Below are positions 10,952-21,281 of a DNA stretch of 64,000 nt, piece by piece (the stretch's first letter is position 1; each line of letters opens with the position of its first letter). A program made the position numbers and the translations under genes. The notes below the pieces were generated by a model. It was not told the origin of the DNA. It saw only the letters and a program-made list of their open reading frames with translations, and searched no databases. The DNA is taken from positions 76,993-140,992 of IMG/VR virus record IMGVR_UViG_2852743531_000003. One strand, given 5' to 3'. Source of the DNA: a virus. Lineage: Duplodnaviria > Caudoviricetes.

Positions 10952-12661
10952 ATGGCCGACATCTTATCCGGTGCCGTCGAGCTGCCGGTCGGCACCGACG
11001 GCGGCGTCCCGATCAGGGGTCCTGACAACAGTCTGTGGGAGATATGGGCATACCAGAATCTCTGGCTCGGCGCCGCGGGCACTAACAAGTACATCCCGAA
11101 GGTCAACGACTACGTCTGTGACTACACCATCAACCAGTGGTGGCGCGTGACGCTCATCGACCCCATCACGTATGTACCGACACTGGTGCCGCTCACCACC
11201 ACGCCCAACGCGGCCATGACCGAAGGAGACCTGCTGCAGGGTGTAGGCCCGGGCACACTTGCCGACACCTTTCGTGTGTATCTGGACACCAGCGTCATTC
11301 CCTTCATTCTGGCCGTCGATGGCCGACTCTGGTACCCGGGGCCCGATGTGGCTTCGGTCAAGCTGTTCACGGGGTCGGATTTCACGACCAACGAAAACTG
11401 CGTCAGCGGCTACTACGATCAGTCCGGCACGCTCGTCTCCCAGGCCATCACACTCGCGCCCGTCACAGTCCAGTTTCCCGATGGTTCGACCGGCACCGTT
11501 TCAGGTGTGCCGGTTTGCTATACGAACGTGCGTCTGGCCGACGCCACGCCGGTGACCGCCGTCGCCTATTCATCGACAGGCGCGGTCGTCTCCATCCGCC
11601 AGTTGCTGATCCAGAATACCGGCTGCATCCGCCTGGCCGACTCCGGCGTGAAGTATGTCGTCGGCATCGAGCTCAGGACACCCTTCCTGTCGAGCTCAGA
11701 CCCGACGCTCATCCAGTTCCCCATTAACGTGATCCTCGCGAACCTGAACCTGATGGGCATCGTGCGGTACAGCGACGGCACGAGCGCCATGCTGCCAGTC
11801 GACAACACAAAATTCCAGATACTCGGCTTCAACGCCTTCGTCTCGACGATCGTCGGGCAGTCGTTTGACGTGGTGCTCAAGTACAACCTTTCACCCGACG
11901 AAGCGGTCTTCAATGCGAACTCGGTCGATCAGGTCGGCTTCATCACGCGGGCCTACCGCATGACGTCCATCAATTCGGCCGGCGCCTACGCGCTGAAGCT
12001 TCTCGCGTTTCCCGTGTGGCGTGACAGCATCACGGGTTACCGGCTCGACTGGTTCCTGTACAACCTCGATCGCAGCACGTGGTGGAACGTCACGAGCCTG
12101 GTGCAGTTCTCGCCGGCGTTCCCGCCATTCCAGCCGCTGCAATATGGTGTCCAGCAGGACATCAACGCGCAGGTACAGTTGAACAAGGTGGATCCCAGCT
12201 TTACGAACTATCTGTTCAGCGCAACCGTGGCCATCACCCTGCTCGGGCCCGGTATGCAGGATTCCCCGTGGCAGATCCAGTTCGAACCCGGGCAGATGCC
12301 CCCTTACGGTCCCGGCAACGTCGCGGCCGTTAATGAAGTTCAGGCCAACCAGTACACCATCAATATCGCGAGCGGCTACCGGAAGCAGGCTGACTGGCTG
12401 CAGGCCCTCTACTACAACACGCTGCCTCTCACCGACCCGGCCACCGAGGCGCAACTGCCCGTGCCGACGCATTTCGCCATCCAGATGCCAGATGGCAGTG
12501 CTCCGATCGTGTGCCCGATTTCGCAATGGGCGTCGACCTTCAGCACAGGCGTGACGATTCCCGACGACAGCACGCTCTATGTGACCTTCTACATGCGCAC
12601 GACGACAAACGACCTGCAGCTGAGCATCTGCGGCCTGCCGGTGCGCTATCCAGGTACGTAG
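10952..12661 (+). CDS. virion structural protein (phiKZ gp26 position)
   Basis: 569 aa, beta-rich composition; GGAG RBS; immediately upstream of terminase. Confidence 0.7.
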   Translation: MADILSGAVELPVGTDGGVPIRGPDNSLWEIWAYQNLWLGAAGTNKYIPKVNDYVCDYTINQWWRVTLIDPITYVPTLVPLTTTPNAAMTEGDLLQGVGPGTLADTFRVYLDTSVIPFILAVDGRLWYPGPDVASVKLFTGSDFTTNENCVSGYYDQSGTLVSQAITLAPVTVQFPDGSTGTVSGVPVCYTNVRLADATPVTAVAYSSTGAVVSIRQLLIQNTGCIRLADSGVKYVVGIELRTPFLSSSDPTLIQFPINVILANLNLMGIVRYSDGTSAMLPVDNTKFQILGFNAFVSTIVGQSFDVVLKYNLSPDEAVFNANSVDQVGFITRAYRMTSINSAGAYALKLLAFPVWRDSITGYRLDWFLYNLDRSTWWNVTSLVQFSPAFPPFQPLQYGVQQDINAQVQLNKVDPSFTNYLFSATVAITLLGPGMQDSPWQIQFEPGQMPPYGPGNVAAVNEVQANQYTINIASGYRKQADWLQALYYNTLPLTDPATEAQLPVPTHFAIQMPDGSAPIVCPISQWASTFSTGVTIPDDSTLYVTFYMRTTTNDLQLSICGLPVRYPGT

Positions 12662-12728
12662 CGGACACAGAGCCGGCATGCGGCCCCCTCCCCTGCGAGG
12701 GAGGCAAGCCTCAAGCGGAGGCGACCAG

Positions 12729-14975
12729 ATGATCCTCTTCCTCGACGACTTCAGACAGTATCCGCAGGCGATCATCGACACCGACACTTCCAACCAGAGC
12801 TTTCTGAGGCTTGCGACGATCTACCGCCGGATGTCGGTGCACAACAATGCGTTTCTCCTCGCCCTCATCAACCCGGATCTTCAGGGCGTGGATCCCTTCT
12901 CCGCCGATCTCACGCTCGAACAGATGGCTGCAATCGCGCTCGAGTGCAAGTCAAACCCCTTCTATTTCTTCCGCGAGGTATGCCGTATCCCGGTGAGCGG
13001 CACCAACGAGGCAGTCCCCTTCCAGGCCAACCGCGGCAACATCGCGCTCATCTGGTGTTTCTTCAATCACCTGATGATCTTCCTGATGATGATCCGGCAG
13101 ACCGGCAAGTCTGTGGCGGTCGACTCGCTCATGGTTCTGCTGCTGAATTTCATCTGCGTGAACACCGAGCTCAACCTGCTCACCAAGGACGAGGTCCTGC
13201 GCCGCACGAACGTCGACCGCGTCAAGAAGATCATCGACGAACTCCCTCCCTACCTCCAGCAGCGCACCCGCCAGGACACCCACAACGGCGAAGAGATCAC
13301 GATCAACCGCCTTGGGAACAAGTACAAGACGCACGTGCCCCAGGGTTCCGAAAAGGGTGCCTACAAGGTCGGGCGCGGCCTTACCACCCCCGTGATACAG
13401 ATCGACGAGGGGCCGTTCCAGCCGAACGTGAGCATTGCCGTTCCCTCGGCGCTTGCCGCGCGCAACGCGGCGGTCGACGCCGCGCGTGCGAACGGCTCGC
13501 CCTATGGCGTGATCTTCACCAACACCGCGGGCAAGATCGACGACCGTGATGGCGCCTTCATCTACCGGATGCAGGGCAGCGCCGCACCATGGACGGAGAA
13601 ATTCTACGACGCGGAAAACGCCGAAGAGCTCGAGCGTCTGGTGCGAAAGTCCTCGCATGGGGAAAAGACCCCGGACGGCAGCCGGCGCAGCGTGTACCGT
13701 GTCAATATCACGTTCAATCACCGACAGCTCGGCAAGACGGACGGATGGTTGCGCGAGAAGATCGAGGAGGCCGCCGTAACCGGCGATGATGCGAACCGCG
13801 ACTTCTTCAACATGTGGACCTCCGGCACGCAAACGCATCCCCTGCGGCGCGAGATCCTCGAGCTGATCGTGAGAAGCCGGCAGGAACCGAAACACATGGA
13901 GATCAGCCGGGAAGGCTACATCACACGCTGGTATGTGCAGGAGCGCGAGATCGAGGCCAGAATGCGCCTGGGCCGCTTCGTGATCGGACTCGATCCGTCC
14001 AACGCTTCGGGCGGCGACGACATCTCTCTCGTGGCACTGGACATCGACACCCTCGAAGTGATCGCCGCCGGCACCTACAATGAGACCAACATCCTGCTCT
14101 TCTGCGGCTGGGTAGCCCAGTGGCTTATCCGCTGGGATACCACGACACTCGTCATCGAGAACCGCAGCCTCGGCCAGGCGCTGATCGACTACCTGCTCTA
14201 CATGCTGCCAGGCCACGGCATCGACCCGTTCCGGCGGCTCTTCAACCGCATCGTCCAGGAGTACGACGAGCTCCCGGCCCGCTATCATGAAATTCAGGTG
14301 CCCATGGGGCGCCGCCCGACGGATATCTACACACGCTACAAGAAGGCGTTCGGCTTTACGACCTCCGGCGGCGGCACCTATGCGCGCAGTGAGCTCTACT
14401 CGGCCTCGCTGCAGCTCGCCGCAAAACGTGCTGGCTCCAATGCCCACGATCCGGTGCTCATCCAGCAGGTCGCGCACCTGACCACCCGCAACGGCCGTAT
14501 CGATCACGAAGAAGGGCTGCACGACGACATGGTGATTGGATGGCTCCTCGCGCACTGGCTGCTGACCCGCGGCAAGATGCTGTCCTTCTACGGCATCGAC
14601 GATCGCCGCATCGGCTCGGCGCTGAATGCCGGAGGGCAGGAAACCATGATCGACCATCAGCGTCGCCGCGAACAGCAGGCGATCCAGGATGAAATCGGGC
14701 GTCTGGCCGACGAGCTCTCACGCGAGCCCAATGAATGGGTCGCCGCGCGCATCGAGCATCAGATGCGGCTACTCGATCGACGGATCGTGCTCGAGGAAGG
14801 AGAGATCTTCAGCATGGACACGCTTATCAACCAGGCCAAAGAGAAGAAGCGCGAGCGACGGCTCCTGCGCCGCGCAGCTACGCCGGCGGATCCCCCCAAC
14901 CCGTCGCCCCTGGGATTCTTCAGCGATACCCCGCCCGGTGCCAACATCCACACCCTCAAACGTGGTGGCTGGTAG
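12729..14975 (+). CDS. terL: terminase large subunit (phiKZ gp25-like)
   Basis: ECKSNPFYFFRE; Walker A IRQTGKS; Walker B IQIDEG; RNase H-like GLDPS and HDDMV. Confidence 0.9.
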   Translation: MILFLDDFRQYPQAIIDTDTSNQSFLRLATIYRRMSVHNNAFLLALINPDLQGVDPFSADLTLEQMAAIALECKSNPFYFFREVCRIPVSGTNEAVPFQANRGNIALIWCFFNHLMIFLMMIRQTGKSVAVDSLMVLLLNFICVNTELNLLTKDEVLRRTNVDRVKKIIDELPPYLQQRTRQDTHNGEEITINRLGNKYKTHVPQGSEKGAYKVGRGLTTPVIQIDEGPFQPNVSIAVPSALAARNAAVDAARANGSPYGVIFTNTAGKIDDRDGAFIYRMQGSAAPWTEKFYDAENAEELERLVRKSSHGEKTPDGSRRSVYRVNITFNHRQLGKTDGWLREKIEEAAVTGDDANRDFFNMWTSGTQTHPLRREILELIVRSRQEPKHMEISREGYITRWYVQEREIEARMRLGRFVIGLDPSNASGGDDISLVALDIDTLEVIAAGTYNETNILLFCGWVAQWLIRWDTTTLVIENRSLGQALIDYLLYMLPGHGIDPFRRLFNRIVQEYDELPARYHEIQVPMGRRPTDIYTRYKKAFGFTTSGGGTYARSELYSASLQLAAKRAGSNAHDPVLIQQVAHLTTRNGRIDHEEGLHDDMVIGWLLAHWLLTRGKMLSFYGIDDRRIGSALNAGGQETMIDHQRRREQQAIQDEIGRLADELSREPNEWVAARIEHQMRLLDRRIVLEEGEIFSMDTLINQAKEKKRERRLLRRAATPADPPNPSPLGFFSDTPPGANIHTLKRGGW

Positions 14976-15045
14976 TGCGACTGTCACGGCAGACAAGCCG
15001 CGTCGGGCTTTTCTGCCGCTATACCGCTAGTGCACGTACGAGCAC

Positions 15046-15309
15046 TTACTCGCCGGCCGGGCCCTGCGCTCGCTTCGCCGGGTGCTTTTTGTGATGGTGG
15101 TGAGCGCCCTTGCTAGGGACACCCTCATGAGCAGGCTGCGCGTCCTGATCGACTACAGGCGGCTGGGCCTGGACGTCCCTCGCATGTTGCACAATCTGTG
15201 CAGCGACATTGTCGTCATGGGTCATGACAATGCCGTTTTCCGTCGTTTGTGCCGATGCTGCGCCTGCCACGAACAACGAAGCGAGCAGCGCAAAAGAGAT
15301 TTTTTTCAT
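15046..15309 (-). CDS. small secreted protein, bacterial type
   Basis: Sec signal MKKISFALLASLFVAGAASA; His/Lys-rich tail. Confidence 0.65.
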   Translation of the reverse strand: MKKISFALLASLFVAGAASAQTTENGIVMTHDDNVAAQIVQHARDVQAQPPVVDQDAQPAHEGVPSKGAHHHHKKHPAKRAQGPAGE

Positions 15310-15512
15310 GGTCAGTTTCTTCACGTTGACAATTGGTCGCGAGCCGCTCCACAAAAGTTTGTCACGGCCCGCGCCCGGATTATCCATCAGGGCGTATAGA
15401 AAGTGGAACGAGATTCAGGTCAGGAATCGCGTCGTCAGGCAGCGTCCGGTCTCATTTATTTTGAGACAGTTGCGTCTTGACAAGAAATGACAATTCAAAG
15501 GGGTCCGAACCG

Positions 15513-15541
15513 TTGATCCTGACACGATCAAACGTTATAAA
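15513..15541 (+). promoter_or_regulatory. candidate sigma70 promoter for vgrG
   Basis: TTGATC-17 bp-TATAAA about 100 bp upstream of vgrG start. Confidence 0.45.
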
Positions 15542-15640
15542 GTCAGGTGGACCAATCGCGGTCGCAGTCACGGCTCATCTCAGATTGCAGTTCTACCCTC
15601 CGGGCCGTGCCTTCCTTAAATTCCAGGGAGCCACACGCCT

Positions 15641-18109
15641 ATGGCGGACTTGCTGAACGCATTGCAATCCATATCGGGACGGCAGGCGTATTTCCTCGAA
15701 GTACCCGGCACCGACACTGCGTCGGCACTGTCGGTCGTGTCATTTGACGCCAATGAGATGATGGGGGCGCCCAATGAAGTGAGCATCGAGATGACCCATC
15801 CGATGCAGCTCTCACGAGCGGACTATCTGAATCGCGATGCGGTCTTCACGATCGTGCCCGACGATGGTGTGCCAAAAAAATTCTCGGGCTACATCGAGCG
15901 CTTCTCGACGATCCAGACAACAAAGGACTTCACCCGGTATCGGGCCGTACTGAAATCGCACTTCGGGCGCCTGCAGGCCGTCACGAACACGCAGGTCTTC
16001 CAGCACCTCACCACCCCGCAGATCATCAGGAAGATCCTCAGCGCCCACGGCATCCGGGATCACCAGATGTCGTTCCGGCTGCGCGGCAAGTACATGAAGC
16101 ATCTGTGGCGCTTCCAGCACCAGATGACGGACTATGACTATGTGCACATGCTCATGGAGAAGGCCGGCATCTACTGCTATATCGTCGAGTCCGAATACGG
16201 CGACCAGATCGTCTTTGGCGACGACATCGACCACTACATCTACGATCCGCGGTTGATTGTTCCTTACCGTGAAGCGGCCGGCCTCGAGGCGGGTGGCGTG
16301 GAAGCGGTAACGTCCATCAGCACGCACTCCGTGATCGTGCCGCAATCCGTCGTCGTTGCCGATTACAACCCTGAGCAGGCCTGGGAACGTCTTCGCGACC
16401 AGGCCAATATCGCACCGCAGGACGAGACCACTTATGGCCAGAGCTACGTCTATGGTACCAATCATCTGGACCAGGATGGCGCGAAGTGGGAAGCGCAACT
16501 GCGTCACGAGGCAGCCATCGCCCGCCAGGTAATCTTCGAAGGCAAGAGCACCGTTTTCGCTCTGCAGTGCGCCCGTGTGCTGGAGACCGACATCGCGCTG
16601 CCCGATGCGCCGAAGGGCGAAGTGATCGTTGAGATCAGCCACAGCGGCGCGCGCGACAAGGCCTATTCGAACAGCTACAAGGCCATCCCGGCCGACCGGC
16701 GCTTCCGGCTCCAACTGGAGCCGGCGAAGTGGGCAAAAATCGCGGGCACACTCAGTGCACGCGTTTGCAGCCCGGACAAGTACACGTATGGCTACCTGAA
16801 TTCGGTTGGTTACTACGTGGTACGGCTCGATGCCGACTTCGGAGAGTGGCCCCGCGGTGGCGAGAGCGTGCCGCTGCGTCTGGCAAAGCCGTTTGCAGGC
16901 AAGCTGCAGACCGGCATGCATTTCGTCGCGCTGGATAATGACGAGGCAAAGATCTCATTCCGAAACGGGGATCCCGACAAGCCCGAAATCAGCGGCTTCC
17001 ACCACCACAGCCAGGCGCGCGACCTTGTCACCAACGATCGTCGCTGGCTCTCGCGCAACATGATCCGTACGCAGAAGAACAACAAGCTGCGCATGGAGGA
17101 CTGGGAGGGCCAGGAAGGCATCAAGCTGAGCACGGAGCACTCGGGCAAATCACAGCTCAATCTGGGCTATCTGGTGAACCAGAAGCTCGAATACCGCGGT
17201 GAAGGCTATGAGCTCAGGACATCGGGATACGGCGTAAACCGCGCAGGCAAAGGGCTCTATCTGACGGCGTACGATCGCCCGGCCGCCAATGGCGCCCAGC
17301 GCGAGATGCAGGAGTCGATGGCCCAGCTTGAAAGCGCACTGGAGCTCGCCAAAGCGCTTGCCAATTCGGCAAGCAGCGCGAAAGCGGAGCCTGCCGACAC
17401 AACCGCCCAGCAGCAGGTCAAGGACGATCTCGACGGCCTGAAGAAGCCCGGCCTCCTCATGAGCACGCCAGCATCGGCGGGTCTCGTGGCGGCCGGGGGG
17501 ATCCAGTTTTCGGCGAAAGACGACATCGCGGGCGTGGCCGGCCGGAATGCTGACTTCAGCGTTATGAAGCGCTTTACTGCGGCGGTGGGCGAAAGGATAT
17601 CGCTCTTTGCGCAAAAGCTAGGCATCAAGATTTTCGCAGCGAAAGGCCCTGTTGAGTTTCAGGCGCAGGGCGGCCCGATGTCGCTCACTGCGGCCAAGGA
17701 CGTCAACCTCGGCAGCGTCAACGGGAAGGTCAACCTGACAGCGGCCAAGGAGATCATCCTTGAGTGCGGCGGCGCTTTCATCCAGATCAAGGACGGCAGC
17801 ATAACACTTGGCGGTCCGCTCGATCTTTTCATCAAGACCATCACGATCCAGAAGCAAGGCACAGCTTCGATGCAAACGGCGATGCCGACACTACCGAAGT
17901 TTATTGAACACCTTTTCGATCGCCCTGTTTGGGTCGTAGACGAACGTGGATATTCGATTCCGAATCGGCCTGTTCGAGTCCATTTGAAGAACGGCGAAAT
18001 CTTGAACGGAAAGACCGATCACGACGGAATTACGCAGCTCGCCATCAGTGACGAAGCCGACGTATTGAAAATCGAAGTGCTGAAAAAACTCAGCGGGAAA
18101 AACGTATGA
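15641..18109 (+). CDS. vgrG: type VI secretion spike VgrG with DUF2345-like C-terminal region
   Basis: gp27-like N-terminus (V.DYNP, LRHEA), gp5 OB region (LRLAKPFAG...GMHF...F.NGDPDKP.I), NKLRMED, LNLGYLV...RGEGYELRT, ISLFAQKLGIKIFAAKGPVEFQAQ. Confidence 0.92.
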   Translation: MADLLNALQSISGRQAYFLEVPGTDTASALSVVSFDANEMMGAPNEVSIEMTHPMQLSRADYLNRDAVFTIVPDDGVPKKFSGYIERFSTIQTTKDFTRYRAVLKSHFGRLQAVTNTQVFQHLTTPQIIRKILSAHGIRDHQMSFRLRGKYMKHLWRFQHQMTDYDYVHMLMEKAGIYCYIVESEYGDQIVFGDDIDHYIYDPRLIVPYREAAGLEAGGVEAVTSISTHSVIVPQSVVVADYNPEQAWERLRDQANIAPQDETTYGQSYVYGTNHLDQDGAKWEAQLRHEAAIARQVIFEGKSTVFALQCARVLETDIALPDAPKGEVIVEISHSGARDKAYSNSYKAIPADRRFRLQLEPAKWAKIAGTLSARVCSPDKYTYGYLNSVGYYVVRLDADFGEWPRGGESVPLRLAKPFAGKLQTGMHFVALDNDEAKISFRNGDPDKPEISGFHHHSQARDLVTNDRRWLSRNMIRTQKNNKLRMEDWEGQEGIKLSTEHSGKSQLNLGYLVNQKLEYRGEGYELRTSGYGVNRAGKGLYLTAYDRPAANGAQREMQESMAQLESALELAKALANSASSAKAEPADTTAQQQVKDDLDGLKKPGLLMSTPASAGLVAAGGIQFSAKDDIAGVAGRNADFSVMKRFTAAVGERISLFAQKLGIKIFAAKGPVEFQAQGGPMSLTAAKDVNLGSVNGKVNLTAAKEIILECGGAFIQIKDGSITLGGPLDLFIKTITIQKQGTASMQTAMPTLPKFIEHLFDRPVWVVDERGYSIPNRPVRVHLKNGEILNGKTDHDGITQLAISDEADVLKIEVLKKLSGKNV

Positions 18110-19458
18110 TCAACAACAACCCGTTCCAAATTCCGGAAGTATCTCAGACTGACGCAGATACGTTCCCGCCATTTACACGGCCCGTTCCTGCTGAGAATAG
18201 CGAGTACCGTAACGATCTTTACGGTACTCCGTTCGCTTACGAGTCAGGATTCGCCTGTACCGTTACACTTGCCGACGAGTTACTGGAAAAGCTTCGGAAG
18301 AACGGGGAGGACACCGAGGTGCAGCATCGCGACGACGTACCACTGACGCCAACAGCTGCCCCGGCATCGTCGAATGGACAGCCACCGCAAAGCTCTCCAA
18401 AGTCTCCACCCTCTACTGGAGCACCGGCAGCACCTAACAAGAGAAACAAAAATGATGCGAATGATCATCAACAACTTATAAATAAATTAAATAAGAACCC
18501 GCACGTCGTTGAATTTAAAGGTGCGGTTCTAGATAGGAACGAACGTCTTAAGATTATCGCCGCTGTCGCAATGTGCGAAAGTGGGCGAGATCCATTTGGC
18601 GCCGAAAATACCGACCAGGAATTTGTTGGCCGAAAAGACGGAAACAAGGGAATTGAAACTAGTTATTCACGTATTGTTCATATTGGGTTGTCGTATGGAA
18701 TTATTCAATTTACACAAGATGGCGGCGCCCTCGGAGGGGTGTTAAAGAAGTGTAATGAAAAGAATCATGAAAAATTCGTTGAGATTTTTGGTGACAACTG
18801 GCAAGAATTGCTCACCCTAACGAGCCCCGGAATTTTTGTCCCCGGTGTTGATTATATATCTGGCCTTGACCACTGGCACGCGATCTCAAAAACCAAGGAA
18901 GGTGTCGAGATTAGCAAGTCGGCGTCAAAAGGCCAATTGCCAGTTGGGCGTGAAATTCGCGGGAAGCGCGTCCAGCCAATATCCGTACAGGTTGGTGGGG
19001 TGAAGCAGGATCTCTGGATTGGCACGTGGAAGCAACGTTTCGTGGATGCAGCACGTGTAGTAGACTTTCAGGAAGCACAATTGGCGTATGCCGTTGAAAA
19101 TTATCTGAACCCCACATTTCCATTCTGTAAAACCAATAATGTTCGCTCTGGAATTGGAATTGCGTTCGCGGTTGCATGTTATGTGCGTGGTGTAAGCAAG
19201 CAACTCCTGACTGATGCCGCCAGACAAAAAGGTTTAAAAATCCCCTTTGAGTCTTCCGCTGACGAAAAAGCGGCTGTTGTCGCGATCTCTAAGGGTGAAA
19301 TTAAAGAATATCAGGTAACTCGCAAAGGTAAGACGAAGAGCCTGAAGATTGCAGGCGAAGAGATCACGCGGGCGCGGAAGCTAGACAAGGACGAGACGGG
19401 ATTTCTCGTCGAGGATATGTACTGGACTGACACATTTGATGACGGGAGCGACAAGTGA
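18106..19458 (+). CDS. putative T6SS effector, lysozyme-like peptidoglycan hydrolase
   Basis: ATGA overlap with vgrG; AT-richer; AMCESG (candidate catalytic Glu) and GLSYGIIQF motifs recall lysozyme-fold effectors. Confidence 0.6.
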   Translation: MINNNPFQIPEVSQTDADTFPPFTRPVPAENSEYRNDLYGTPFAYESGFACTVTLADELLEKLRKNGEDTEVQHRDDVPLTPTAAPASSNGQPPQSSPKSPPSTGAPAAPNKRNKNDANDHQQLINKLNKNPHVVEFKGAVLDRNERLKIIAAVAMCESGRDPFGAENTDQEFVGRKDGNKGIETSYSRIVHIGLSYGIIQFTQDGGALGGVLKKCNEKNHEKFVEIFGDNWQELLTLTSPGIFVPGVDYISGLDHWHAISKTKEGVEISKSASKGQLPVGREIRGKRVQPISVQVGGVKQDLWIGTWKQRFVDAARVVDFQEAQLAYAVENYLNPTFPFCKTNNVRSGIGIAFAVACYVRGVSKQLLTDAARQKGLKIPFESSADEKAAVVAISKGEIKEYQVTRKGKTKSLKIAGEEITRARKLDKDETGFLVEDMYWTDTFDDGSDK

Positions 19459-19982
19459 CCAATGCTGCCCAAATAAAGTATGGGATTCTTTTCGCGTTGG
19501 TTGCATTGACCAGTTCCGCACATGCAGCTGGTCTGTGCAGGTCCAACGAGGCCACAATATTCAACTGCGATATAAAGGAAAGCAAGAAGATTGCATCGAT
19601 ATGCACTTCGAATGATTTTGCAGAAGATCGAGGGTACATTCAGTATCGATACGGGACACCAAATAAAATTGATCTCGAATTTCCTAAAGATCTTCAAAAT
19701 TCTCGAAGTGAGTTCGGTTATGATGAATACTCGCGTCCCGATCTCTCAACTTTTGTTGTGGGCTTCAAGAATGGGGGCTACCGATATGAAATATCGGAGA
19801 CGACCGAAGGAGGGGACGAAGGTATCACGACGCGATCACTCTTGGTGAGCTCCGAAAAGAGAAACCGAGGTACAAAGTTGACATGCCTCGACAATGGAAA
19901 CGTTGTTTCTTCAATATCCACGCTCGATCAGATATTGAAATGCGACAAAGAGCACGAAATAGTTGATGGCTCATGCGACTAG
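19455..19982 (+). CDS. putative periplasmic immunity protein
   Basis: GTGA overlap with effector; signal peptide ending AHA; paired Cys; YIQYRYG segment. Confidence 0.65.
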   Translation: MTNAAQIKYGILFALVALTSSAHAAGLCRSNEATIFNCDIKESKKIASICTSNDFAEDRGYIQYRYGTPNKIDLEFPKDLQNSRSEFGYDEYSRPDLSTFVVGFKNGGYRYEISETTEGGDEGITTRSLLVSSEKRNRGTKLTCLDNGNVVSSISTLDQILKCDKEHEIVDGSCD

Positions 19983-20119
19983 TGGAGCATCCATGCGTGG
20001 AAATATGGCGGAGCGTGGTATGCCGATCACGTCGCAGGTCACTAGAACAATTTTTGTCGTCCGGGTATTTATTGCTGTTTGCGAATCGTCAATGGCGAGA
20101 CTCAGTTGCCGCCTTCAGT

Positions 20120-20370
20120 GGAATTGAGTAACCACGAAATTATCTCGGCAAATGCACTCAAAATTGAGATAACTGATAGCAAGGGAAAGGCAATTAGAAT
20201 TCGAGTTCCGTTTAAATTTTGGTAAAACTATTTCGAGCTTGTCTAAAATTGCCTTTCCAGAGTCAAACTCCCTCGTAATTGACGGTCGAGAATTTGTTCT
20301 CGTTATTGTCGGCGAGCCCTCAAGCAGCCAGCCAACGGGGTATTGTGGAGCTGGCATTGAGGGCAAACTA
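20120..20370 (+). pseudogene. AT-rich remnant, possibly of a second effector/immunity gene
   Basis: AT-rich; fragment reading ...PSSSQPTGYCGAGIE without clear start or RBS. Confidence 0.3.
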
Positions 20371-20476
20371 AACGTTCGCGCGACTCTGTCCCCGGCGGTT
20401 GGCAACATCTCCCCCGAGGGCATTGGCCGCGACCGTCTCGAAGGACCAGTAGCGTGGATCGTGATGGAACGCAAAG

Positions 20477-21136
20477 ATGACGTCGAAGAACGAGCAGCCC
20501 GAACCTAGCCGGTACTTTTCTCTTTTTCCTCTGCTCGCGCTGGCCCGCGACGTGGCCGGTGGCCAATACGATGTATCGTGCGAGGCGGGTGAAGACGGGC
20601 CATCGGTAGCCTGTTACACCAATCCCGTCACCGCGGTCATCGATGCGACGCAGTATGCCCGGGCCCGGGAACCGGGGTACGCGCCCAGGTTGGCCGGCTC
20701 GTTGGAGCGGGCGCTGTTCTACCGCGCTGACTGCCGCTGCCTGATGACCGACGTCCGCATCGGCTGGCCCGTGTTGAATCGCAGGATCATCCTGCGAACA
20801 GACAGAACGTTATCGTCGGTTTCGAGGCACATCCGGGTTCCCGTGTTGCACGGCGAAGCGCCAGACTCGTTCGAGCTGGATGAAGCTGGACTCCAATGGC
20901 TCGATGACATTCATGAACGTGCGGGGCTCTTTGCCTGGCGCGAGACGGCGCGTGCGGTCGCTTCGTGGCCCCCCGACAGGGTAGCCCAGGCAGCGAATCG
21001 CGCGCTGCGCTCCATCGAAGTGACGGTATGTGATCCCGCCTTGTGCGATGAGGTCGCGCTGTTCGATCCGGAAACCGGGCAATGGCACTTCGTGCCATCG
21101 AGAGATTTCGTGAAGGCGAAGTACCTGAAAGTATGA
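20477..21136 (+). CDS. hypothetical protein
   Basis: 219 aa ORF; protein-like composition. Confidence 0.55.
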   Translation: MTSKNEQPEPSRYFSLFPLLALARDVAGGQYDVSCEAGEDGPSVACYTNPVTAVIDATQYARAREPGYAPRLAGSLERALFYRADCRCLMTDVRIGWPVLNRRIILRTDRTLSSVSRHIRVPVLHGEAPDSFELDEAGLQWLDDIHERAGLFAWRETARAVASWPPDRVAQAANRALRSIEVTVCDPALCDEVALFDPETGQWHFVPSRDFVKAKYLKV

Positions 21137-21224
21137 AACAGTGCGAGGAATCTGTCCGGGGGTCGCTGCCGATCGCATCTGCTTATCGCGGTGCACCCCA
21201 CGGGATAACGAGCTGATGAATGAC

Positions 21225-21265
21225 GGCATAGGGCCGGAGGACTTTCGATTCTCCGGCCCTATGCC
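21225..21265. terminator. hairpin between convergent genes
   Basis: perfect 15-bp stem GGCATAGGGCCGGAG/CTCCGGCCCTATGCC. Confidence 0.7.
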
Positions 21266-21281
21266 TGTATGGCTTCCAACA

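Noticed and set aside
12951-14657. 568-aa minus-strand ORF (also 8186-9652, 15812-16921, 21498-22616, 58727-59854)
   Set aside because: Antisense shadows of motif-bearing genes, expected in GC-rich DNA
3967-18109. Tube + sheath + VgrG read as a T6SS, eCIS or tailocin locus
   Set aside because: Sheath and tube are phiKZ-like and linked to a terminase. VgrG is a separate bacterial-type insert, and no tss or afp genes are present.
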